Source: Acidobacteriota bacterium
GTDB taxonomy: Bacteria; Acidobacteriota; Thermoanaerobaculia; Multivoradales; Multivoraceae
Assembly (NCBI GenBank): GCA_026707325.1
Contig: JAPOXA010000042.1
Span: 11,861 to 75,860 of the forward strand
DNA length: 64,000 nt
Direction: 5' to 3'
Both the position numbers and the translations under genes were made by a program. Position 1 is the first letter of the stretch, and each line of letters starts with the position of its first letter. The notes beneath the pieces were generated by a model. That model saw only the letters and a list, made by a program, of their open reading frames with translations, was not told where the DNA came from and made no database searches. This document shows, piece by piece, positions 8,223 through 16,331 of the stretch.

Positions 8223-10403
8223 CTACAGCCCTCGCAACAGCGACCGCGCCAAATCCAGCTCCGCCGCGTAGCGGTCGCCGAGGATGGGCGCCGAGGCCTC
8301 CTTCACGTAGCGTTCCAGCGCCGGTCGCGCGACATCTCGAAGCCCCGCCCGCGCCGCCACGGTCGCCAGGTTGAACAGCACGTCGAGGTCGCCCGGATCG
8401 AGTTCGACCGACCGCTTCCAGGCGGTGATCGCCTCGCCCTCCCGGCGCTGGTTGAACAGCGCGATTGCCAGGTAGTTCCAGGCCAGCGGCAACGCCGGGT
8501 TGAGCGCCAGAGCTTCCCGCGCCTCGCGCTCGCAGAGCGGCCAGTCGCCGGCGTGCAGCGCCGCCAGGGCCAGGTTCTGCCGCGCCTGCGGATTCCTTTC
8601 GTCGAACTCCAGGGACCGCAGCAGGATCTCTCTGGCGCGGCCCGTCTCCCCCGACTCGGCGAGCACCAGACCGAGGACGTTCAGCGCGTCGGGATCGCTC
8701 GACGAAGCGTGCCGCTCCATCAACCGCGCCGCGTCCCGCGCCTGCCCCGTCCGGGCCAGGGTCAGGGCCAACTGCCGCTCGAGGAACGGCGACGCCAGAC
8801 CCTGGCGCTCCGCGTCGATCATCAGGCGCAGCGCTTCCTCCACCCGCCCGCGGTCGAGCAGCACCTGGGCCAGGTTGGAGTAGCCGAGCCCCATTCGCGG
8901 CCGGCGCCGGATCGTCCGCCGGGCGAGGTCCTCGGCCTCCTCCAGGCGGCCTTCCTGGTACGCTTTCGAGTAGTCCTGAAGCATCCGGTCGAGGTCGACC
9001 AGGTTCTTGGGGTCATCCTCCTCGCCGTAGGTCCGCAGCAGATCGAGGCCGCCGGAAGAACTGAGGTAGCCCAGACTCTGAAGTGCCCTGCGCTCGTCCT
9101 CGCTGACGCTTCCGGCCGTGGGAGGCCACTCCGACTCCGCCGGCAGCAGGGCCGCAAGTTCGGCGGCGGTCCCGGCTTCCGTGGCATGGAGATTGCGCAC
9201 TTCGGCCGGGTCGGCCGCCAGGTCGTAGAGTTCGGGCCGCGGCAGCGAGATGTACTTCAGGAGGCCGGCGCGGTCCTCGTCGCCCGTCTCCGTCCTCGGC
9301 TGAGCCACGACGCCGCGCAGGGGCGCCCAACCACGTTGCAGGTTGGGGCCCAGCACCTCGAAATAGGTCGCATCAGGCCCGGCGCCCGCGTCCGGCGCCC
9401 GCGCCCTCCAGAGACTGCGGCCCGCCATCCCGGGAATCGCCGAGGCGTCGATGCCCGCCGCTTCCAGCATGGTCGGCAGCACGTCGATGTGCTGGACCGG
9501 CGAGTCGATCCGCGAGGGCGTCAGTTCCTCGGCCCAGAGGACCAGCGGCACGGCGAGCGTGGCCTCGTAGGCGAAAAGGCCATGCGTCGCCTCGCCGTGA
9601 TCCCCCAGTCCCTCGCCGTGATCCGACGTGACGATCACCAGCGCGTCCGCGCTCCGGTCGCCGGGCGCCACGACCTGAAGAAGCCGGCCCACGTACTCGT
9701 CGGCGGCAGCGACTTCGCCCAGGTAGGGATTCCCGGCGAAGCGGGCGGAGAACGGCGCCGGCGGCTCGTAGGGAACGTGAGGCTCGTACAGGTGGACCCA
9801 GAGGAACCGGGGCTCGCCCTCGTACCGCCGCCACCAGGACGAGGCGGCCGCCACCACCTCGTCGCCGCTCCGTTCCGCGACGGCGAAGCCCCGGGTCGAA
9901 CCCTCCGGGTAAGAGTCGTCGTAGACCTCGAACCCCCGGTCCAGCCCGTAGCGAGCGTCCAGCGGGAACGCGGCGACGAACGCCGCGGTGCGAAATCCAG
10001 CGTCGCCGAAGGCTTCGGCGGCCGTCGGCACCGATTCGGGCAGCACGAAGCCGGCGTTGTCGCGCACCCCGTGCTCGTAGGGCAAGCGGCCCGTCAGCAG
10101 GTTCGCGTGAGACGGCAGCGTCATCACGCTGTGCGCGTGCGCCCGGCCGAAGACCCAGCCGCTGGCCGCGAGGCGGTCGAGGTGGGGAGTCTCCGCGGCC
10201 GCGTTCCCCGCGAACCCGACGGCGTCGGCCCGCAGGGTGTCGATCGTCACCAGGACGACATCCCGAGCGAACCCTGGTGCGGGCGCGTCAGGCCAGCCGG
10301 TCTCCGGCGCCGGCGACGCCGGCTGACTCCTGGAATCGGGCGCGCAGGCCGACACGACCAGGCCGACCAGCGCAACGGCGGCCGCCGCCGGGCCGGTTCT
10401 CAG
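8223..10403 (-). CDS. Alkaline-phosphatase-superfamily (sulfatase-like, PF00884-type) domain fused to C-terminal TPR repeats; predicted lipoprotein
   Basis: N-terminal-half motifs are 'VVLVTIDTLRADAVG', 'MTLPSHANLLTGRLPYEHGVRDN', 'LWVHLYEPHVPYEPP' and 'VTSDHGEGLGDHGE'. The C-terminal half is TPR. The track starts at GTG 10355, but the in-frame upstream codons encode 'LRTGPAAAAVALVGLVVSAC', a complete lipoprotein signal. I therefore extend the CDS to CTG 10403, which forms a CTGA overlap with the upstream stop. Confidence 0.85.
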   Translation of the reverse strand: MRTGPAAAAVALVGLVVSACAPDSRSQPASPAPETGWPDAPAPGFARDVVLVTIDTLRADAVGFAGNAAAETPHLDRLAASGWVFGRAHAHSVMTLPSHANLLTGRLPYEHGVRDNAGFVLPESVPTAAEAFGDAGFRTAAFVAAFPLDARYGLDRGFEVYDDSYPEGSTRGFAVAERSGDEVVAAASSWWRRYEGEPRFLWVHLYEPHVPYEPPAPFSARFAGNPYLGEVAAADEYVGRLLQVVAPGDRSADALVIVTSDHGEGLGDHGEATHGLFAYEATLAVPLVLWAEELTPSRIDSPVQHIDVLPTMLEAAGIDASAIPGMAGRSLWRARAPDAGAGPDATYFEVLGPNLQRGWAPLRGVVAQPRTETGDEDRAGLLKYISLPRPELYDLAADPAEVRNLHATEAGTAAELAALLPAESEWPPTAGSVSEDERRALQSLGYLSSSGGLDLLRTYGEEDDPKNLVDLDRMLQDYSKAYQEGRLEEAEDLARRTIRRRPRMGLGYSNLAQVLLDRGRVEEALRLMIDAERQGLASPFLERQLALTLARTGQARDAARLMERHASSSDPDALNVLGLVLAESGETGRAREILLRSLEFDERNPQARQNLALAALHAGDWPLCEREAREALALNPALPLAWNYLAIALFNQRREGEAITAWKRSVELDPGDLDVLFNLATVAARAGLRDVARPALERYVKEASAPILGDRYAAELDLARSLLRGL

Positions 10404-11374
10404 AGCGATTCCAGGTACTCCGCGAACTGCTTCGCCTCCTCGGCCTTCTCGCCTTCGGGTTCGAGCTCAAGGAACCGGCGGAAGTCGGCGGCGGCGGCGG
10501 CGTTGTTGCCGCCCGCCATGTTCGAGAGACCGCGGAAGTAGTAGGCCTCCGACCAGTCCGGCGCCGCCGCGACGGCAGCGTCGAGCTTGGCGATGGCGCC
10601 CTCGAAGTCGTTCGTGTTGTAGAGCGCAACGCCCTCACGCACGAGGATCTCCGGGTCCGCCCGCTGGTCTTCGGGCATTCGATCGAGATACGCCTGCGCT
10701 TCATCGCCGCGGCCCAATGCCGTCAGACGCCGGCTCATCAACCGAAGTGCGTCCACGTTCGACGGCGCCAGGGTCAAGGCCCGTTCGAGGTTCGTCAACG
10801 CCTCGTCGTCGCGCTCCAGTTGCACCTGGGCCTGGGCCACCGCGACGAGCACCGCCGCCTTGCCGCCGTCCGGCAGGGCATCGAGGGCCTCGGTGAAGAC
10901 CTGGATCGCCCCTTCGTAGTCCCCCACCGCAAGCAGGGCGTTGCCCTGTTCCAACTGTTCCCTTGCCGCCCGCGCCGCCTCGCCATCGTCCAGTGCGGCC
11001 GCCGAACCGTCCGTCGCCGATGCGGAGCCCGCCTCCAGGGTCGTCTTCAGGAACACGCGATCGGCCGGCGACGCGTACTCCTGCACCAAGGCGCTGTGCG
11101 TCGTGGACACGAAGCCCGGCTTCGACACCAGCACGTCCCAGTTTCCGCCGCCGAGGCCGGCCCGCGCCCAGCGGCCCTTGCCGTTCGTCGACACGGCCTC
11201 GGGCCCAGCCCCATCGAGGGTGAGCTGAACGCTCGCGCCCTCCACCGGATTGCCCTCCGCGTCCTGAACCGTGCCGCTCAACCGGCCGCGCCCGGCCCAG
11301 GCCTGGGCCGACGCCGCCGTCGCCAGAAGAACGCCCGCCAGCATCGCGCCGGCGACGCGGGTTCGATAGTTCAT
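10400..11374 (-). CDS. Secreted carboxypeptidase-regulatory-like (CarboxypepD_reg) beta-sandwich + TPR protein
   Basis: The start at ATG 11374 (MNYRTRVAGAMLAGVLLATAASAQA is a signal peptide) is preceded by GAGGGGAGGA. 'GRLSGTVQDAEGNPVEGASVQL..NGKGRW..L..G.W.V.VSKPGF' is CarboxypepD_reg-like. The C-terminal two thirds are TPR repeats. Confidence 0.8.
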   Translation of the reverse strand: MNYRTRVAGAMLAGVLLATAASAQAWAGRGRLSGTVQDAEGNPVEGASVQLTLDGAGPEAVSTNGKGRWARAGLGGGNWDVLVSKPGFVSTTHSALVQEYASPADRVFLKTTLEAGSASATDGSAAALDDGEAARAAREQLEQGNALLAVGDYEGAIQVFTEALDALPDGGKAAVLVAVAQAQVQLERDDEALTNLERALTLAPSNVDALRLMSRRLTALGRGDEAQAYLDRMPEDQRADPEILVREGVALYNTNDFEGAIAKLDAAVAAAPDWSEAYYFRGLSNMAGGNNAAAAADFRRFLELEPEGEKAEEAKQFAEYLESL

Positions 11375-11598
11375 GAGTCCTCCCCTCGTTCTCCGACCGC
11401 CGATCTGCCCAAGCATCCTACTACCCGGCACCCGGGGCCAAGCCGAAGCCGGCGGCCCGGAATCCGTCTAAGTCCGAAACGGCCTTCTCGCGCCCCAGTC
11501 GAATCGGTGGAACGCCCGTAGGCGTGCCGCAATCGGACCTGTCGTCTCCTGTCATTGGAACGGCCGGCTTCTGCTCCTCAACTCGCGGCCCAAGCCCC

Positions 11599-11636
11599 AG
11601 AAAAACAAAGAGGGCCGGGGGATGCCCCCGGCCCTC
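11599..11636 (-). terminator. Rho-independent terminator downstream of the TonB-dependent receptor gene
   Basis: On the minus strand the sequence is GAGGGCCGGGGG-CAT-CCCCCGGCCCTC. This is a perfect 12-bp stem with a 3-nt loop, followed by TTTGTTTTTCT. It lies 60-100 nt after the stop at 11699. Confidence 0.7.
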
Positions 11637-11698
11637 TCGATTCGCTGCGGTGCATCGCCCTCGTTCAGAGACTCAGGCCATGCACCTCCGGTTCTGGA

Positions 11699-14593
11699 CT
11701 ACTTCCAGTTCAGGCGCACGCCCAAGCGGTAGATGCGCGGTGAAATGTTGTCGTCCAGGTTGCCGCCGTTCGTGTACCGGGTGTTCAGCAGGTACGCGAG
11801 GCCGGTGCCCTCGTTCGTCGCGTTGAACACGTCGATGCCGAAGGTCATGTTGACCGGACCCTGAAGGGCGATCTCCTTCTCGACCCGCAAGTCGATCGTC
11901 TCGATGTCGTCCAGGCGGTACTGGTCGTAGTCCTGGTTCGGCACGATGTTGACCGTCGTTCTGGAGTTCCTCGAGCCCCAGGGAACCAAACGAGAGTTGT
12001 TCCAGTAGGCCAGCGGATAGCCCTCGCGTCCGGTCAGGTTCGCCGAGACGTTGAAGCCCCACGGACGGTCCGGCGCCACCTGGTACATGCCGTTCAGGCT
12101 GTAGCTCCAGGTGGCCTGCAGGAACCGCTCGCCCTTGCCGGAGCCCGTGGAACGGGTCAGGAAGAGGTCGCCGTCCTGGCAGCCGGCACGCCCCACTCCA
12201 GGACTCGCGTGGTCGTAGTACGAGCGCGGAATGCTGCACTCGCCCTTGCCGTACTGGTAGAAGCCGCGGGCCATCCAGCGATTCGCCAACCTCTTCGTGA
12301 AGCTGATCGAGTAGCCGAGATAGTCGCGTCCGCGGTCGCCGTTCGTGACGTAGCTGCCGCCCGTGTTCACGAGGTCCGCATTGGGAACGCCGTACAGGGG
12401 AACGGAGACTTCGCGACCGATCCTGGGCAACTCGCTCTCCAGAGTCCCGACCTGCTGGTAGTCGTTCCGGTTGGGAATCCGCGTGCTGCCGTCGGGCTGC
12501 CGGAAGAGCGTGAAGCCGTCGAGCAGATCGCTCACGTCCCGGTGCGTCACCGTGAAGGCAACGACGAACTCGGGCAGGAACGCGTGCTCCACCGCGGCCA
12601 GGATCTCCTGGGTGAGGGGAGCGTCCAGGCCCGGATCCGTCTCGTCGACGACCTTGAGCGGATTGTCGGGGTCGAAGCCTGACGCGTACTGGAACGCCCC
12701 GGTGACCGAGTCGAAGTAGGCGTACGAGGCCCCGAACGGCGAGTTCCTGGTCACCCAGCCCGAAGCCATCTGATCGTAGAACTGGGAGACGCTGGCGCGA
12801 ATCAGCGTCTTCCGCTGCTCGCCGATGGCGTAGGTGGCGCCCAGACGCGGCGCGATGCTTCCCCAACTGAACCCGGCCTCGGAGCCGCGGAAGTTGATGT
12901 CGGGGTAGATCTCGCGGTATGCCGCGACCGGATGAGCGGGCCGGTTGTACGGCTCGTTGGCGCCCCCCTGGTCGTCGTAGCGCAGACCGAAGTTGATCGT
13001 CGCCCGGCCGAAGGTCACCGTGTCCTGAGCCCAGATGGCGGTGTAGTCCGAAACGGCGACGCCCGTGTGATCCCGGACCGCGACCGACTGGCCCCAGTCG
13101 CCATGGAACACGTCCCGCGGCCCCCACTGGAACACGGAGTTCTGGGTGAACTCGCGGAAGCGACCGCCGACCTTCAACTCGTGGTTGACCGAAGCGCCCG
13201 TCGTGAAGAAGTAGGACGTGTCGACCTGGTAGGAGTCGAACGGGCGGGAGCTGCTACCGGTGAGGTAGTTGTCCTGCCAGACGCCGGCCTCCCGGCGCGG
13301 GTCGAGCGCATCCGGATGGAGTCCGTTCTCGTCCGAGCGAGTGCCTCGGGCCGCCAGTGCGAAACCGAAGTCGCCGTGCGAGTAGGTGCCGGTGAGGAAG
13401 AAGTTCGCCGAGAACACGTGCGTGTCCTCGAGCCGGTACTGGGCCGAGGGACCGCGCTGGTTCCAGGTGGTGGGCGCCGGCCGGGTCGTGCCCGCGCCGC
13501 GGCCGAACTTCAGCTTGTCGCCGTTGTTGAACGAGCCGACGATCGAGTTCGACGCGTTGATCTGGCCGTTCGCCTTGAGCGCCGTGTTCTCCAGGATCGT
13601 GTCGTCGGCAAGACCGTTCGCCGCGTTCTGCTGGATGTCGTTCTGACCCCAGCTACCCCAGAAGAAGAGCCGGTCCTGAATCGCGGCGCCCCCGGCCTCG
13701 AAGCCGAGATCCTCGATCTTCCGCGCCTGGGCGCCGGCGAGCTCGGTCTGGAAGTTGGCCGTGTACAACTCGCCCTCGATGTCCGGCTGCGACTGCTTGA
13801 GCGCACCGCCGAAGTAGCCGTTGCGCTGCGTGTTGTAGAACCGGGCCGAACCGCGGAACTCGTTGCTGCCGCGCTTCGTCACCAGGTTGACCTGGACGCC
13901 GGCGCTGTTCTTCGTCACGTCCGTGCCGCCGGTCGTGAACGACATCTCGGCGAACTGGTCGAAGTCGTAGTAGGTCGGCGAGGCGCCGGTGGCCGCCATG
14001 TCGGTGATCGACGTGCCGTCCATCTGGAAGTCGTTCTGGTTGCCGCTGACGCCCGGGGCGCGGAACGTGGCCTGCTGGCCGGATTCCGTGCCGCCGACGT
14101 TGACCCGGTCGACCAGCACGCCCGGGGTCTGCGAAAGCAGGGACCAGGGATCGCGCGCGGTCGGGATCTTCTCCAGTTCGACCTGGCTCACGTTGGTGCC
14201 GGTCGAGAGCTTCCGCTCGTCGAGCAGCGGACTCTCGGAAGTGACGGTGATCGTCTCTTCAAGCGCGGCTGTCAGAACCAGCGGCAAGCTCGTGTTGCGG
14301 CCGAGGGCGACAACGACGTCCGGGAACTCGATGCCGCCAAAGCCCTCGAGTTCGGCCACCACGGTGTAGGCGCCGGGATCCAGGGCGAGAAAGCGCCACT
14401 GGCCCTGGCCATCGGTGAACTGCGTACGCGGCGCGCCGATGCCGCTGACGGTGACCGTGACGCCGGGGAGCGCGGCTCCCGAGTCGTCCGTCACCGTGCC
14501 GTAGAGATTGCCCGTCGGCGTCTGGCCAAAGGCCATGCCGGCGACGAACAGGCAAAGGATGACGCTGAACGTCGAAATGAGGCGTCTACTCAT
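11699..14593 (-). CDS. TonB-dependent receptor-like outer-membrane protein with an N-terminal CarboxypepD_reg domain (964 aa)
   Basis: The signal peptide is MSRRLISTFSVILCLFVAGMAFGQ. 'GNLYGTVTDDSGAALPGVTVTVSG' is CarboxypepD_reg-like. The plug-like segment is 'VSQVELEKIPTARDPWSLLSQTPGVLVDRVNVGG'. A long beta-rich barrel follows. A GGAGGGAG Shine-Dalgarno lies 8 nt upstream of the ATG. Confidence 0.9.
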   Translation of the reverse strand: MSRRLISTFSVILCLFVAGMAFGQTPTGNLYGTVTDDSGAALPGVTVTVSGIGAPRTQFTDGQGQWRFLALDPGAYTVVAELEGFGGIEFPDVVVALGRNTSLPLVLTAALEETITVTSESPLLDERKLSTGTNVSQVELEKIPTARDPWSLLSQTPGVLVDRVNVGGTESGQQATFRAPGVSGNQNDFQMDGTSITDMAATGASPTYYDFDQFAEMSFTTGGTDVTKNSAGVQVNLVTKRGSNEFRGSARFYNTQRNGYFGGALKQSQPDIEGELYTANFQTELAGAQARKIEDLGFEAGGAAIQDRLFFWGSWGQNDIQQNAANGLADDTILENTALKANGQINASNSIVGSFNNGDKLKFGRGAGTTRPAPTTWNQRGPSAQYRLEDTHVFSANFFLTGTYSHGDFGFALAARGTRSDENGLHPDALDPRREAGVWQDNYLTGSSSRPFDSYQVDTSYFFTTGASVNHELKVGGRFREFTQNSVFQWGPRDVFHGDWGQSVAVRDHTGVAVSDYTAIWAQDTVTFGRATINFGLRYDDQGGANEPYNRPAHPVAAYREIYPDINFRGSEAGFSWGSIAPRLGATYAIGEQRKTLIRASVSQFYDQMASGWVTRNSPFGASYAYFDSVTGAFQYASGFDPDNPLKVVDETDPGLDAPLTQEILAAVEHAFLPEFVVAFTVTHRDVSDLLDGFTLFRQPDGSTRIPNRNDYQQVGTLESELPRIGREVSVPLYGVPNADLVNTGGSYVTNGDRGRDYLGYSISFTKRLANRWMARGFYQYGKGECSIPRSYYDHASPGVGRAGCQDGDLFLTRSTGSGKGERFLQATWSYSLNGMYQVAPDRPWGFNVSANLTGREGYPLAYWNNSRLVPWGSRNSRTTVNIVPNQDYDQYRLDDIETIDLRVEKEIALQGPVNMTFGIDVFNATNEGTGLAYLLNTRYTNGGNLDDNISPRIYRLGVRLNWK

Positions 14594-14728
14594 GCGTTGA
14601 ATACTCCCTCCAAGGTGTGTTCTGCGGGAAACCGGCGCCGCTCACGCGACGCAGAGCGACCTCCCGCGGTTTGGGAAGAGCCTGATCGGCTCGCCAACAG
14701 TACTAGAAACCACCGCAAGACGTGTGCC

Positions 14729-14751
14729 AAAACGGCCGTAGGCCGGCCGTT
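14729..14751 (-). promoter_or_regulatory. Terminator/attenuator-like hairpin inside the 5' leader of the TonB-dependent receptor gene
   Basis: The minus-strand sequence is AACGGCCG-GCCTA-CGGCCGTT-TTGG, an 8-bp stem that runs into four U residues. It lies about 140 nt upstream of the start codon. There is no upstream same-strand gene for it to terminate. Confidence 0.3.
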
Positions 14752-15161
14752 GCTGACGGTGGGAAGAAACCCGCTCTGTCGCGGGTTTGCGGGCATGTAC
14801 GGGTTTCGGTGCGCCAAATTGGCGCCCCGCCACGTACCGACCGATTCAAGTAAGTGCTCCACGTTCAATCTCTTGAAGCTACTCGCCATGCCAGTCATGC
14901 CGAAAGCAGTTGCCCGTCATCCGACCTTCGACTGACCAGCCTCCTCGTGCGGCAAAGCCGTACCGAAGAGCCCTGGCCGCCGATGGGACCTGAATCAGCG
15001 ACGAGTATCCGTCCGAGCAAGTCGCGACGGATACGCCTCGGGGAACAACCTGTCGAGTCCATGCATCGTACAGTAGAGAGAGTCGGTTGTCTACGGCAGC
15101 GGTTCCCGGACAGTTTCGGAACCCTCGCCGCCGCGACCGCCGGCATCCGAAGCGTCACGCC

Positions 15162-16310
15162 ATGAACCGCCGATCCCTCATGCCCCCGCCTGCTCCGGCG
15201 GTCACCCGCCGGGCCGCCGCGGCGCTGCTGCCCGCTCTGGCCACGGCCTGCGCCGGCTACGTCCCCTTCGACGGCACGCTGGCTCTGACGCCCGAGTTCG
15301 AACGGCGGCTGGGAGCCGGCTGGACGGAGCAGATCGTCGTGCCCTTCGCCACTGACGCCGCGCTGCGCCAGGCCATGGACGAGCGGGTCAGCCCGGCCGG
15401 CAGCGAAAGCCGGCGGCGCGATGCGGCGCTCGACTTCATCTTCGGCTTCGTGGACCTGGAGTACGCCCTCGCGCCCACCCGGACGGCGACCGAGACCTTC
15501 GCCGAAGCGACGGGCAACTGCCTCTCCTTCGTCAACCTGTTCGTGGCGGTTGGCCGCGAGCGACGGCTGAATCCCTTCTTCGTGGAAGTCGAGGACTACC
15601 AACGCTGGAACTACCAGGACGGCGTCGTGGTCAGCCGCGGGCACATGGTCGCGGGAATGTACGTGGACGGCGAGATGGCGACCTACGACTTCCTGCCCTA
15701 CCGGCCGAAGTCCTACCGCGACTTCCGGCCGATCACGGATCTCGCGGCAACCGGCCACTACTACAACAACCTGGGCGCCGAAGCCTTGATGGAGGGCGCG
15801 CTCGACGACGCCGAGCGCTGGCTGGACGTGGCCGTCCGGCTGACCCCCGACTTCGACAAGGCGATCAACAACTACGGCATCGTACTGCTGCGGCGGGGCC
15901 GACTGGCCGATGCCGTCCGCGTTCTGGAGGAGGGGCTCGAACTCCACCCGGACGACGTACCCATGCTGACGAACCTTGTCCGCGCCCATCAGCTCCGCGG
16001 CGACAACGAGCGCGCCGGCGAACTCCTGGACCAACTGGAAGACCTGAACCAGGCCAGTCCCTTCTTCTACGTCTACCGGGGCGACGCGGCGCTCGCCGCC
16101 GGCGACGCCGCTACCGCTCTCGACTACATGCGCCGCGCCCTGCGCGTCGACTCCGAGATCCCCGAGGTCCATGTGGGCCTGGTCCGGGTCTACCTGTCGA
16201 CGGGCAGATTGGACGAAGCGAAGCACCACGTCGAGCGCGCGCTCCGGCTCGACGCCACTCACGAGGAGGCGCGCAAGTTCGCGGCCTTGATCGAACGCGG
16301 TCCGCCCTAA
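15162..16310 (+). CDS. Transglutaminase-like cysteine-protease-fold domain + TPR repeats; probable lipoprotein
   Basis: The start is MNRRSLMPPPAPAVTRRAAAALLPALATAC. The Cys-His-Asp-type core is 'ATGNCLSFVNLF...SRGHMVAGMYVDGEMATYDF'. The C-terminal half is TPR. The track start at 15087 adds an Arg-rich extension and was rejected. Confidence 0.8.
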   Translation: MNRRSLMPPPAPAVTRRAAAALLPALATACAGYVPFDGTLALTPEFERRLGAGWTEQIVVPFATDAALRQAMDERVSPAGSESRRRDAALDFIFGFVDLEYALAPTRTATETFAEATGNCLSFVNLFVAVGRERRLNPFFVEVEDYQRWNYQDGVVVSRGHMVAGMYVDGEMATYDFLPYRPKSYRDFRPITDLAATGHYYNNLGAEALMEGALDDAERWLDVAVRLTPDFDKAINNYGIVLLRRGRLADAVRVLEEGLELHPDDVPMLTNLVRAHQLRGDNERAGELLDQLEDLNQASPFFYVYRGDAALAAGDAATALDYMRRALRVDSEIPEVHVGLVRVYLSTGRLDEAKHHVERALRLDATHEEARKFAALIERGPP

Positions 16311-16331
16311 CGCCCGGGGACCCCGGAGGCC

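Noticed and set aside
14760-14850. Possible cobalamin riboswitch upstream of the TonB-dependent receptor. The candidate segments were 'GGTGGGAAGAAACCCG' and 'GGTGCGCCAAATTGGCGCCCCGCCACGTACC', which resemble the GGGAA / GGTG..AA..CC / CCCGCxACxGT cores.
   Set aside because: The resemblance is on the plus strand, which is antisense to the receptor gene. The spacing and the loop of the putative P4 hairpin do not fit the consensus. No convincing B12 box follows. The minus-strand reading shows no match. It needs cmscan and is not claimed.
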